Part shown: in pieces, positions 8,959 to 18,788 of the stretch
Position numbering within the stretch: the stretch's first letter is position 1
Layout of the letters: each line of letters begins with the position of its first letter
Source of the DNA: Candidatus Altiarchaeota archaeon
GTDB taxonomy: Archaea; Altiarchaeota; Altiarchaeia; IMC4; SCGC-AAA252-I15
Direction of reading: 5' to 3'
Assembly (NCBI GenBank): GCA_043813075.1
Contig: JBDRLL010000017.1
Span: forward strand, 1 to 42,927
DNA: 42,927 nt
Made by a program: the position numbers and the translations under genes
The notes under the pieces: model-generated
Databases searched by the model: none
What the model was told of the DNA's origin: nothing
The model's input: the letters and a program-made list of their open reading frames with translations, nothing else

Positions 8959-10019
8959 ATCCACTTCAACCGCTTGAAGTAGGCTAGCATCGACAATGCT
9001 ATGAAAAGCATGAGAGACAATACGAGCGGGTAGCCGATATGCCACCCCAATTCGGGCATATACCTGAAGTTCATGCCGTAGACGCCGGCTATGAACGTCA
9101 AGGGGATGAATATCGTCGCTATGACGGTCAAAACCTTCATCACCTCATTCATCCTATTGCTTATGCTTGAGAGGTATATGTCCAACATACTTGAGATAAT
9201 ATCCCTGAATGATTCTATTGAGTCGATGACCTGTATGATATGATCGTACACGTCCTTGAGATATACTCTAGTGCTATTCTTCACTAGCTTCCCCTCAAAC
9301 CTCTGGAGCGAACTCACAACCTCCCTTAAAGGCCATACAGACCTGCGGAGGAAAATAAGCTCTCCCTTAATATCGTGGATTGTGTGGAGAGTCTTAGGCG
9401 TTGGCTGCCCGACAACCTCCTCCTCAACATCCTCTATGTCCTCACCAACCTTCTCCATGATGAGGAAGTAATTATCGACTATAGCGTCCAACAGCGCGTA
9501 AGTCAGGTAGTCTGAACCCATCTTCCGTATCTTGCCCTTCCCACCCCTGATGCGCTCCCTAACCCCATCAAAGACGTCGCCTTCAGTCTCCTGTATGGAG
9601 AGCACAAAATTAGGGCCCAATATTATGCTTATCTGCTCCGCATCAACAGATTCCTTTGATTCATTGTAAGTCAACATTTGAAGAACAAGAAAAATGTAGT
9701 CGCCGAAATCCTCCATCTTAGGCCGCTGGTCTGTGTTAAGTATGTCTTCCACGACAAGCGGATGCATATTGAACATGTCCCCTATCTTACGCAGGACTTC
9801 GATGTCGTGTATGCCTATGATGTTTATCCATGAGACAGTCGCGGATTTTGTGAACGGGCTGCACTCATGGATTTCTTTTATCGTCTTTTCCTGGAATTTG
9901 GATTCGTCATAGTCTATTACAGTGATTATGGTCTCATCTATTTTCCGGTCTCCTATGTGGACGAGGCTTCCGGGAGGCATCCCTGATTTCCTGGATCTTT
10001 TCTTGGTCAGCTTCTTCAC
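8955..10019 (-). CDS. corA: Magnesium/cobalt transporter CorA
   Basis: GMPPGSL, HPLVVEDILNTDQRPK, MNEVMKVLT, YGMNF signature, MPEL. Confidence 0.97.
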   Translation of the reverse strand: MKKLTKKRSRKSGMPPGSLVHIGDRKIDETIITVIDYDESKFQEKTIKEIHECSPFTKSATVSWINIIGIHDIEVLRKIGDMFNMHPLVVEDILNTDQRPKMEDFGDYIFLVLQMLTYNESKESVDAEQISIILGPNFVLSIQETEGDVFDGVRERIRGGKGKIRKMGSDYLTYALLDAIVDNYFLIMEKVGEDIEDVEEEVVGQPTPKTLHTIHDIKGELIFLRRSVWPLREVVSSLQRFEGKLVKNSTRVYLKDVYDHIIQVIDSIESFRDIISSMLDIYLSSISNRMNEVMKVLTVIATIFIPLTFIAGVYGMNFRYMPELGWHIGYPLVLSLMLFIALSMLAYFKRLKWI

Positions 10020-10059
10020 GTGAATTATTACTATGGCGGGTTGAAAAATGGATTTCTGC

Positions 10060-10554
10060 CTACGTGCATTGTCTTTTAGCCACTATGGCGAAGACCATTG
10101 TGCTATCGTCCACCGGGGTCACTATCTTGAGTGTGAAGTTCGTGAAATCGCCTTCACCCAGCTCGAACTCATTGTAGTTGGCAAATGGATACCCCTCGTA
10201 TTTACGCTGGGAGTCGTACAAGTGGGCTTTGAACGTCTTTTTCTCTCCCAGGCCACGCAGGTAGAATTCCGCGTAAGTGAAGCTCTCGTTCTCGTATAAC
10301 TGGAGTTCTTCAGGAGTCTCGTCTATGAAGTCGACTCCGTCCTCCCCGTAAACCCATGTGCACGATGAGTCGAAATAACTCTGCCCCAATGGGTCAGCAT
10401 AGTCCAGGTTAAGTGTTGTGGGAATGCTGGTCGTCGCAGTCGTCTGTGTAGTCTGCAGCGTCTGTACTGTTTTCATTCCCGCATCATCTGAAAGGCAGCA
10501 GGAAAACACGACAAAAATCGTTGATAACACTAATATACGGTAGTCCATTGCCAT
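10060..10554 (-). CDS. Putative secreted protein or lipoprotein with Thr-rich linker
   Basis: Hydrophobic N-terminus ending FSCCL (lipobox-like), then a T/Q-rich linker. Confidence 0.65.
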   Translation of the reverse strand: MAMDYRILVLSTIFVVFSCCLSDDAGMKTVQTLQTTQTTATTSIPTTLNLDYADPLGQSYFDSSCTWVYGEDGVDFIDETPEELQLYENESFTYAEFYLRGLGEKKTFKAHLYDSQRKYEGYPFANYNEFELGEGDFTNFTLKIVTPVDDSTMVFAIVAKRQCT

Positions 10555-10593
10555 CCACAGTAAATTATCTTATTAGAATAAAAATCACGGACT

Positions 10594-11400
10594 TCAGTGG
10601 TGCGGGACTATAAGCAGGTTGTCGTATCTCGTCTCCCTATTACCCTCCCACAGCTTCTGGAATTCCTCCCATGTGAAAACCCTCAATCCGAGAATCGGGT
10701 CTAAGGCATAAACGTTCAGTGCATCCATGCCGACGACGACACGGTAATGACCCCTATCCTTGTCGCCATAATCTATTCTTTGAAGGACTATTACGGGGGT
10801 TTTTTTCACGCACACTCTCTTGTTGAGTTCTATGAACCAGTCTTCAAAATCGTCTTCCTTGTACACGTCAGTGATGAAACCCTGTTTTTCAAGTATCTTA
10901 ACGAGCATGTCGACGGTTGTTATCTCGCCAGTCCTCATGCCAGTGGCAAGATTGGTCTGCAGCCGGTTTACCCCATAGTATCCGGACACCATCTGGATTA
11001 CTGCTGGACCACACCAATTGTCCTGCTCCTGCCGCATGTAGGGCACGTTAAGGAAACAGTCTGACGGAATGCATACATCATCCCCTAAAACTTCCCGCAA
11101 CTCAAATCCTTCAGAACACTCGAACAAGGTTGTGGAGGTTGTCGTGGACGAGGTTGTGGTTGTGGAAGTCGATGTTGTCGTGGTTGTCGTGGACGTGGAA
11201 GAAGTTGATGACGTAGTGGATTGAGTGGTGGTTGAAGTGGTGTTTGAAGTTGTTGAAGTCATGTGCCCAAATAGGATGCTACATGGCTGATGATAGGAGT
11301 CAGGGTATATTACGCAAGTTGAGACGCTTGAGACCAGGATGAATAGCATCAGAAGTGCAGTCATAACCAATGCAAGGGATATTAGCTGCCTTAGCCTCAT
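10594..11400 (-). CDS. Membrane-anchored C39-like (papain fold) cysteine peptidase
   Basis: N-terminal TM, Thr/Ser stalk, then VPYMRQEQDNWCGPA (Gln, Cys), GHYRVVVG (His), ALDP (Asp). Confidence 0.85.
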   Translation of the reverse strand: MRLRQLISLALVMTALLMLFILVSSVSTCVIYPDSYHQPCSILFGHMTSTTSNTTSTTTQSTTSSTSSTSTTTTTTSTSTTTTSSTTTSTTLFECSEGFELREVLGDDVCIPSDCFLNVPYMRQEQDNWCGPAVIQMVSGYYGVNRLQTNLATGMRTGEITTVDMLVKILEKQGFITDVYKEDDFEDWFIELNKRVCVKKTPVIVLQRIDYGDKDRGHYRVVVGMDALNVYALDPILGLRVFTWEEFQKLWEGNRETRYDNLLIVPHH

Positions 11401-11448
11401 CGTACATATAGACTAGTCAATGTTTATATAATAGTGGTCAGGAGTAGT

Positions 11449-11503
11449 TCAGGGAAATCGGGGGAGAAGGCGCCAGGCTTGTTCTCCCCCAGTATCCCCT
11501 TGA
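11449..11503. other. GC-rich intergenic stem-loop (possible small ncRNA)
   Basis: GGGGGAGAA 11460-11468 pairs perfectly with TTCTCCCCC 11482-11490; imperfect outer pairing of TCAGGGA with TCCCCTTGA. Confidence 0.45.
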
Positions 11504-11573
11504 GTCTAGCCTCAATCAGCCAGTAATAAGGAGTTGTATTTCTGTTTATAAAGACTAGAAGCTAGAGCATGGG

Positions 11574-11614
11574 AAAAATAAAAAAGAGGTTTTAGGGGTG
11601 TTTAGCCCCTAAAA
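11574..11614 (-). terminator. Hairpin plus U-tract terminator of the DUF4139 gene
   Basis: TTTTAGGGG 11590-11598 / CCCCTAAAA 11606-11614 just after the stop, followed on the minus strand by CTCTTTTTTATTTTT. Confidence 0.7.
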
Positions 11615-11616
11615 AT

Positions 11617-13056
11617 TCAGCAGTGGTTGTACCTTATCTTGTAGGTCAATATGCTTTCACCGTCCTTCTTAACAGGTATCCTCCACTTTATCTTCTCGTT
11701 GCTCTCCTTTATGTGCTCGTAGTTCTCGCTCACAATCTCCCAGTCCCAATACGCGTCCTCCAGGACAGTAACCACTACGTCCTCCTCCTTATGATTCCGC
11801 AGGGTTATCTGCCATGTAACCTCATACTGGCATCCTAGGTCCTTAACATTCATCTGCTTGCGCTCACCGACAACGTCGAATGCATTGCCCATGAGTATCC
11901 TTATCGTCTCATCCTTCGGAGTGTGATCTATGCTGTCCTCACCTATGAACTGAAGCTTGCCTTGACTGTCCTTCTTGAACACCCGCATAAGCCCCTTTGG
12001 CAAAGGCATTCCAAGACCATTCCCCTCGCTGTTCTTGAAGTTAAGCTTTACCTGTATCTTCTTGCTGTCCGTGCCAGAGTACCACCATCCGCCCTGATTC
12101 TCGTATATGAACTCCTTCTCAACAGGAGTTCCGGAAGCGGCAAGCAGGGAAATCTGCTTCTGCTCCCTGTCCTTAAGAGTCGTCTTACGCTGCAAGTCAT
12201 ACATGTGGTATTCGAACAGCTGCTCCTCAGCAAACTGTGATCCGCCAATACTGTCGGCCACTGCATAAGCCTTCTCCATCATGCGGACACTCGGCTCTTG
12301 AGCACGATTCACGTCACCAGCAACCAGTTTCAGCTTCGCATCCTGGAAAGCAGTGCCAGCATTATTATTCACCGTCACCCATCCATTCAAGTCCATGATA
12401 CTATCGTCCTTATTGACCACCGCGACATAGTCTGCACGCCACGTCATCCCTGAAGTCATATAAGACAACTCAGCGACCTTGCTTCCAGCACTACTGCTGG
12501 TTATCAACCACTCTAGCGTAGGTTTGGTTATCAGGCCTTCCGGCAGCTGTGGCAGCATCAGGTTCTGAACTGAGACAACCTCAAGGCCGCCATCAGATTT
12601 TTTGAGTATCAACTCGTTTCCGGAAGCTGCTAAAAGCACACCCTCAACAAGCTCCTTTGTGTCTCCAAGCACTTTGTAGCCGCTTATCTTCTTGTCTATG
12701 AACTTCTCCAGAAGCTTCTGCTTGCTAACCAGGTCGTACTGGTAGTTCTGCTCGAGAACGCTGAAACTTCCGTCAAGCGACTTGAGCTTAACGCTCGTCG
12801 TATCTATGCTGGATGCTACACCCGCAAATGGAATGGTGTTCAATCCAGTAGACAAGTCGATTTTCGTGACCTGCTTCACTATGCCAAGGTTGGAGTTGTA
12901 TACCGTGACCTCAACCCCTTCACTCACTGATTCACCAGAATCCTCTTGATAGAGGGCGGGAACCGGGTTATCATCTCCAGACAGACTTAGGGCCTGCACG
13001 CATCCAAGAATAAAAACGCAGGCGATCATCCATATGATAGTCGTGGTCCTTTTCAT
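11617..13056 (-). CDS. DUF4139/DUF4140 domain secreted protein
   Basis: VTVYNSNLGIV, EQNYQYDL, SYMTSGMTWRADY, KLVAGDV, LFEYHMYDL, LGMPLPKG, GEDSIDHTP, GNAFDV. Confidence 0.88.
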   Translation of the reverse strand: MKRTTTIIWMIACVFILGCVQALSLSGDDNPVPALYQEDSGESVSEGVEVTVYNSNLGIVKQVTKIDLSTGLNTIPFAGVASSIDTTSVKLKSLDGSFSVLEQNYQYDLVSKQKLLEKFIDKKISGYKVLGDTKELVEGVLLAASGNELILKKSDGGLEVVSVQNLMLPQLPEGLITKPTLEWLITSSSAGSKVAELSYMTSGMTWRADYVAVVNKDDSIMDLNGWVTVNNNAGTAFQDAKLKLVAGDVNRAQEPSVRMMEKAYAVADSIGGSQFAEEQLFEYHMYDLQRKTTLKDREQKQISLLAASGTPVEKEFIYENQGGWWYSGTDSKKIQVKLNFKNSEGNGLGMPLPKGLMRVFKKDSQGKLQFIGEDSIDHTPKDETIRILMGNAFDVVGERKQMNVKDLGCQYEVTWQITLRNHKEEDVVVTVLEDAYWDWEIVSENYEHIKESNEKIKWRIPVKKDGESILTYKIRYNHC

Positions 13057-13121
13057 GTAAAACTATTTCCTTCCACCCTTTTAAGGAGAATACGTTTCTT
13101 TCGGTCTGAGCCGAATGATGT

Positions 13122-14063
13122 TCAACGCGTCGCCCTTAACGCTAGACGGCCCATCTCGTCCACATCAAGACTGCATTGGTATCCGCTTAACCGGTGGGGG
13201 TCGTCGAATCGGAATTCCAGCCTCGCATTCCCGTCATGGCCGATGGTCTTCTTGATCTCAAAGAATTCAGCGGGCTTGAGAGAACCGCCTATCTCCTCAA
13301 CCCTCGAGAAGCCCATAGTCGTCTCACCAGTATCAGTGTTTCTGCGCACCAGGCATTTGCTCAGGAACGATATTAACGGACTATTGTGGCTGACGTCAAC
13401 CATTATCGCCCGCGAACCGTCCTTCAGGCTGTCGGCCATCCCAAGCTGCCTAAGCAATAGTCTTGCCACATTGCTTGCGGCCGTATCAACGAATCCCGGA
13501 TACTGTTGCAAAGCAAGATTGCAGACGTAGTCCTCGGCATCCTGCATCGCAGCCTTCCTCTGACGCTCATCATACTGCGCATAACCAGGATGATGCTCCC
13601 TCATGAAGGGCCCCTGAAGATTTGTGAGAGCGCCATCGCACAAGTGCACTAGACCCTCGTAGGAAAGCTCGTCCCGATTCCGGTGGACTAGGGGGTTGCC
13701 ACTGGAGTCGAAACGCGTTAAATGAGGGCTCGGCGAGTCTTCAATTGCCTGACTAGCACCCTCTGAAATCATCTGACCTGTGAAATGAGCCCTCTCTATA
13801 CCACTGCTATACACTTTAACGCCATACACTTCATCTGTGGGAGTGGTATGGTCCAGGCCGTATCCATATGAAAAAGCCTGCCGCTCACCACCCTCACTCA
13901 GCGGAGAATCACCTGTCTTATCCTTCTCACCATGTCTCCCCACCTTCAGCACGAGAACTACCTTAGGCACATCCTTCGTCTCCTGCCTGGCAAGCTCATC
14001 CTGAACGCCTACACGCCCCGCAGCACCGACCGGCTTCTGCCCCACACCAGACATGTCAACCAT
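13122..14063 (-). CDS. Histidine phosphatase superfamily protein (divergent)
   Basis: GRHGEK, LSEGGERQA, YSSGIERA and VSH motifs. The ATG at 14063 overlaps the upstream stop (TGATG) and is preferred over the GTG at 14099. Confidence 0.7.
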   Translation of the reverse strand: MVDMSGVGQKPVGAAGRVGVQDELARQETKDVPKVVLVLKVGRHGEKDKTGDSPLSEGGERQAFSYGYGLDHTTPTDEVYGVKVYSSGIERAHFTGQMISEGASQAIEDSPSPHLTRFDSSGNPLVHRNRDELSYEGLVHLCDGALTNLQGPFMREHHPGYAQYDERQRKAAMQDAEDYVCNLALQQYPGFVDTAASNVARLLLRQLGMADSLKDGSRAIMVDVSHNSPLISFLSKCLVRRNTDTGETTMGFSRVEEIGGSLKPAEFFEIKKTIGHDGNARLEFRFDDPHRLSGYQCSLDVDEMGRLALRATR

Positions 14064-16471
14064 CAGATACTTGTTATCGGCCGGGACTGCAGTATCCACA
14101 ACCTGCCTTCCCAGTCTATGGTAAATTCTACGTCTTGAGGGTATTTATAGTGTCTTTCAAGCCTTATGCCGGCCTTAGCGACCACCCTCAGCAGGGACTG
14201 GTCCACACTGAATGTCTCCATGGATTTTTCTATGGAAAGCGTCTTCCGGTTCAGCATGTATTCGTTTGGCGTCACAATGCCTGAAACAAGCTTGTCGCCA
14301 AGTCCCTTAACAACCTCAACAAGCATCTGCTGCGCCTCAATTGGGTCAATGGTGAACATGACCCCAGAATAACGCGGATTAATCATCTCCTGCACCACCA
14401 CTGCTATAAGGACGTCGTGACCCATACGATTGGACTCACGGTAATGTATAGCCCGCGGAGTGTATAGTGAAGCCCAACAGTATTTGACTGAATTAATGAG
14501 CTTTGAAGCGCCCTTAACGTTAAGCAGTGTGTCGTGCTGCCCGGCGAAACTTGCGTCAGGCATATCCTCCATTGTAGCAGAGCTCCTGACCGCGACCTTC
14601 TTTATGGAGAGTTTCCTGTAGAATGATATTATATCAGACTCGAGTTCTTTTGAGAGCTCGTTGGAGAGTATTACGTGCCTTATTCGCCTAGATGCCTTCT
14701 TTACCTCCAACGGATCCGTCATGTCACATTCGACAAGCACCTCCTTCACTCTCCCGTAAATGTTGTTCTGGATTATGAAGTCACGGTATGCCCGGGTTGT
14801 GACGCAGAAGCCGTTAGGAACATTGAAATTAGAGTGCATTTCCCCCAGGTTAGCGCCCTTCCCCCCGGCAGACGGGACGTCAGCCCTATCAAGCTCGTCA
14901 AGCCACACAACCCTCTCCTCCCGCACAGGGCTCAGAACAGATTTTGGCGTGCGCAACCTAGGCTTCCGCCTGACGACGCCATCACCCATGCGTATTATCT
15001 CCTTCTTCGTTATCTTCCTGACTATGCCCTTGTTCGCGTCAACCAGAACATAATCACCGTCCTTGAATATCTTTGTCGCCATCCGGGTACCGATAACACA
15101 TGGAACACCCAGCTCCCTGCTGAGTATGGCGGCGTGGGATGCTATACCCCCCTCATCAGTCACTATCGCCGATGCCTTCTTCATCGCGTATATCAAGTGT
15201 GGCCGAGTCATTCCCGTGACCAGGATCTGCCCCCGCTCCATCTTCCTGACTTCAGCCTCCTGATTCCGGGTTAAAGCGTTTATCACCTTGACCCGCCCGG
15301 AGACTATCCCCGGGTTAGCCACGCCACCACATACCTCGTTTATGTTACTATAGTCTGCCTCAACAAGTTCCCTTGACTCCAGACGACAGACCTGAAGTCC
15401 AGTGTAAAAGTATAACCTGCCTTTAATGAGGAGGAACGCGTATCTCTTCCGGTTTTGAACCTCCATAACGTCAATCTTCTTTTTCCTCAGCAAAAGCCGT
15501 CTCACATCCTTCAGCAGGTAGTATTCAAGCTCCCCACGCCTGACACCAGTCCTCCTGGAGATCTCCCGATGCACCTTACGCATCAGGAATCCGCTTTCAA
15601 TCCACGTGAACCTTATCTTAAGCCTAAGGTGCGCCAGCTCCCTGACTATAGCAAGCAGATAGTAGATGTCCTCGCTAATGTCCAGCCGGTTAATCAGTCG
15701 TGATTGACGCCGCCTTAACTGCTGTTTCCGAGTCTTCTTGGCCTTAATCCTCTCCATCAGCTCGTTCTTACCCAAGAGTATGTCCCTTGAAAGCAGTTCC
15801 TGATAGTGAGAGATGCTCCACGGACTCCTCTGCTCTGACGTACCAATCCAACCGTACTTCCTCTTATGCTCAGCCAATCTATTCTGGATTAATCCATCAG
15901 AACCAAGGCCTGCCTTCTTAACGTCAAGAACCATGTTCAGCCAGTCAAGCTCCTCATAATCCAAGAGAGTCATCTCAGTGCTCGTGGTCAGGACGCTGAA
16001 AACCTCATTAACCCTCTCCTCCCCAATCCCACTGGAGAGTAGATACTCCCTGACCTTATCCTCGACAGCAATGAAATATTCAGGCCTTGACAGGTCGTAA
16101 GTGCATTGAAGTATCCCAATCCGCCGTATGACTTCACCATACCGTTCAGCAAGCTCCCGGTTAGAGAGCTTCTTCTGCACCCGGATGGTTTCCCTTATCA
16201 GTTTTATTAGCCCAGTATAGTTCTCTATCGTGGACTCGACGTACCCCCTCATCAAGTCCTGGTCCTGGAGTATCTTAAGTGAGTGTCGAGTCTTACGTTC
16301 AAGGTCCTTCCGCGAGTAATACATGTGCATTACGTTATCCTTGCACAAGCCCATCAGCCGGCTGTAGTCGCTGCCAAGAACCTTACCCTCCCCATGGCCC
16401 ATGAAGAAGGCCTCCATCCTGTGGAGGGGGTGGACGGTCTCCCATCTCAGCACCCACTCTGTCTTTGCCAT
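14063..16471 (-). CDS. PEP-synthase/PPDK-family dikinase with permuted domain order (helical domain, phospho-His swivel, C-terminal ATP-grasp)
   Basis: TDEGGIASHAAILSRELGVPCVIGT (His at about aa 446), then GGKGANLG, VAVRSSATMED..SFAGQHDT, PQDVEF, ILQSRPIT at the C-terminus; no PEP/pyruvate TIM barrel. Confidence 0.85.
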   Translation of the reverse strand: MAKTEWVLRWETVHPLHRMEAFFMGHGEGKVLGSDYSRLMGLCKDNVMHMYYSRKDLERKTRHSLKILQDQDLMRGYVESTIENYTGLIKLIRETIRVQKKLSNRELAERYGEVIRRIGILQCTYDLSRPEYFIAVEDKVREYLLSSGIGEERVNEVFSVLTTSTEMTLLDYEELDWLNMVLDVKKAGLGSDGLIQNRLAEHKRKYGWIGTSEQRSPWSISHYQELLSRDILLGKNELMERIKAKKTRKQQLRRRQSRLINRLDISEDIYYLLAIVRELAHLRLKIRFTWIESGFLMRKVHREISRRTGVRRGELEYYLLKDVRRLLLRKKKIDVMEVQNRKRYAFLLIKGRLYFYTGLQVCRLESRELVEADYSNINEVCGGVANPGIVSGRVKVINALTRNQEAEVRKMERGQILVTGMTRPHLIYAMKKASAIVTDEGGIASHAAILSRELGVPCVIGTRMATKIFKDGDYVLVDANKGIVRKITKKEIIRMGDGVVRRKPRLRTPKSVLSPVREERVVWLDELDRADVPSAGGKGANLGEMHSNFNVPNGFCVTTRAYRDFIIQNNIYGRVKEVLVECDMTDPLEVKKASRRIRHVILSNELSKELESDIISFYRKLSIKKVAVRSSATMEDMPDASFAGQHDTLLNVKGASKLINSVKYCWASLYTPRAIHYRESNRMGHDVLIAVVVQEMINPRYSGVMFTIDPIEAQQMLVEVVKGLGDKLVSGIVTPNEYMLNRKTLSIEKSMETFSVDQSLLRVVAKAGIRLERHYKYPQDVEFTIDWEGRLWILQSRPITSI

Positions 16472-16538
16472 GCTTAGTCTTTACTTTAGAGGGCATGTTT
16501 AAAACCATTTAACCAGTGAATACCATAGTCAATCCATC

Positions 16539-18788
16539 ATGCGTCTGAACAGGATTACGCTTGAAAACTGGTCTTGCCACGAGAAGCTTGAGGCAGACTT
16601 GACTGAAGGCCTCCAGATACTCGGCAGGAACGGGACAGGAAAGACTAGCATACTTGAGGCCATAAAGTTCTTGTTCAAGAAGACCGCTTCAGGGTATTCT
16701 AACCGCGTACGTAATGGCGCTAGGAGTGCTTACGTCAGGCTTGCTTTCACACACGACAGTAGGGAGTACGTCGTTGAAAAGAAGATTCTTCTGGAGAAGC
16801 CTTCGACCGCATTAATGACGTGTGATGGAGTGCAGGTAGCAGACAACCCCACTTCAGTGTACAATAGCCTCAACAACATTCTAAGCGAAGACATGCTGGA
16901 GAGGCTGCTTTACGTCCCGCAATCGGGCCTCACTGGCATACTGGACAGACTGAGTGGAAGGGAAGGGAAGGTCGAGATGGACAGGCTCTTCGGGCTGGAC
17001 AGGCTCGAGAGGGTTTGGACTGGCGTGGGGGAGGACCTGAAGGAGCAGGATGCGAGGGTCTCTGTGCTCTCAGACCAGATAAAGAAACACCCTGAGGACG
17101 CTGAGGAATCCTACCGGAGAGACATAGAAGAGTTCAGGAAGGGTGAAGGCGAATTGCGGGAGAAGCTACTTAAGAACGAGGAATACAGGAAAAATGCCGA
17201 GTCAAACCTGAAAAAGTCTGAAGAGTCCCTCAAGGGGATTAATGAGGCGAAAAGGAGGATAGATTCGTTGAACACTGAATTTAATAGGACTAGTATCGGT
17301 CTCGCTGAAGCTGAGAAGGAGATAGAGTCAGCGCAAGCAAGGCTGGAAGAGCTGCGAAGCAAGGGGGAGGAGCTCGCTAAACTCGAGTCAGAGAAGAAAA
17401 AGCTGGATAAATACCCCAGATTCAGGGTTACTCTCAGCAGTATTATGGAAATAAATTCAAGGCTTGATGAGTTAAGCACTGTTGAAGAGGAAAAACGGAT
17501 TACGGAACTTGAAGAAACCCTTAAGAAGAAGCCTGAAGCGGAGAGGGAGTACGCTGAACTCGAGGGGAAATACCAGTCCCTCCAGAAAAGCCATACCGAA
17601 GCCGCGGTTGGGGTGAAGCAAAAGGTGGACTTCATAGACGAGCTGGACACGCTGGGAGGGAAAGCGAAATGCCCGAGGTGCGGTCAGAAACTCGACTCAT
17701 TCCACTTGACGAAGGAGAAACAGGATACTGCCGTGATGCTGGAGAGGATGTACGAAAACCTGAAGAAAATCGAGGCAGAGATGGCGAACATAAAAGCAGT
17801 ATACGATGACATGAAGGCGAGCATGGAGGAGTACCGGAAGGATGAGGCAGAATATGGGCAGCTAAGGAATCAGTTGGAGAAGGCTGTTAGAGAGAGAAAA
17901 AGGCTGTGTGACGAGCGCGACTCCAATATGATGACTCTAGAATCCATGGGCTATTCGGGAGAGACTATCGAATTCGTGGAGCAGAAGGTCGCTGACTCAA
18001 ACAGGATGGACGGAGCCATAAGAGAGCTTCGCAAGGAGATCATCCTGAAGGATAGGATATCAGAGGGTAAGGACGAGTCGGTTAAGAGAAAGATAATGCA
18101 CGAGTCCAGGAGGGATGAGCTACGAAAGGAGTTGGGCGAAATATCATATGACACCGGAGAGCATGAAAGGCTTCAGAACGAGAGAGACATTCTATCAAGC
18201 GAGAAACACCGCCTAGACTCAGAATGCAATACGCTCTCCGCAGACATTAAGAGAATCAGCGAACAGACGATGGAGCGGGAGAAAAAGCTTGTTGACTATA
18301 TGGAGTTGGTAAAAGAGCACTCGGATGCCGAGCGCATGTCCAGGAAACTCGCCCAGGCACGGGAGATATTCCACAGGGACAAGGGACTCGTGAAGTACGC
18401 GCGTGAAAGCTTTATAGGGGGCTTGAACTCCATACTAACAAACTACTTCAACAGGTTCAACCAAAACCCGAGATACCTCAACGTGTCATTCACAAGGGAA
18501 TATGACATAGAATTCAAGACCAGCAACGGAACACTCTCACTCGACCAGATTTCAGGAGGGGAAAAGATACAACTGGCATTAGCGTTGAGGATAGCCTTAA
18601 TAGAATTGATGTCACCAGTCAGGATGCTCATCCTGGACGAGCCCTTCGGAAGCCTTGACGAACCACACAGGGAGATACTAGGCGAAGCCCTGACAAAAAT
18701 CTCGGAGACAGGCCAGCTGATAATCGTTACCCATGTGGAAGTCGAAAGCCTCCAGCTACACAACAAGATCGAGCTGGAAGGCTACTAG
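16539..18788 (+). CDS. Rad50/SbcC-family SMC-like ATPase
   Basis: Walker A GRNGTGKTS, Q-loop YVPQ, coiled coil with central zinc hook CPRCG, signature SGGE, Walker B LILDEP..LD, H-loop VTH. Confidence 0.92.
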   Translation: MRLNRITLENWSCHEKLEADLTEGLQILGRNGTGKTSILEAIKFLFKKTASGYSNRVRNGARSAYVRLAFTHDSREYVVEKKILLEKPSTALMTCDGVQVADNPTSVYNSLNNILSEDMLERLLYVPQSGLTGILDRLSGREGKVEMDRLFGLDRLERVWTGVGEDLKEQDARVSVLSDQIKKHPEDAEESYRRDIEEFRKGEGELREKLLKNEEYRKNAESNLKKSEESLKGINEAKRRIDSLNTEFNRTSIGLAEAEKEIESAQARLEELRSKGEELAKLESEKKKLDKYPRFRVTLSSIMEINSRLDELSTVEEEKRITELEETLKKKPEAEREYAELEGKYQSLQKSHTEAAVGVKQKVDFIDELDTLGGKAKCPRCGQKLDSFHLTKEKQDTAVMLERMYENLKKIEAEMANIKAVYDDMKASMEEYRKDEAEYGQLRNQLEKAVRERKRLCDERDSNMMTLESMGYSGETIEFVEQKVADSNRMDGAIRELRKEIILKDRISEGKDESVKRKIMHESRRDELRKELGEISYDTGEHERLQNERDILSSEKHRLDSECNTLSADIKRISEQTMEREKKLVDYMELVKEHSDAERMSRKLAQAREIFHRDKGLVKYARESFIGGLNSILTNYFNRFNQNPRYLNVSFTREYDIEFKTSNGTLSLDQISGGEKIQLALALRIALIELMSPVRMLILDEPFGSLDEPHREILGEALTKISETGQLIIVTHVEVESLQLHNKIELEGY

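Noticed and set aside
1261-11260. CRISPR-like or satellite repeats at 1261-1392, 10425-10470 and 11128-11260
   Set aside because: Degenerate Thr/Ser codon runs inside ORFs; no constant repeat-spacer structure and no cas genes.
11460-11490. Archaeal SECIS element
   Set aside because: The GAA is paired with TTC rather than opposed by A, and I saw no in-frame TGA selenoprotein candidate nearby.
14063-16471. Annotation as PEP synthase (ppsA)
   Set aside because: No C-terminal pyruvate-binding TIM barrel, and the domain order is reversed.
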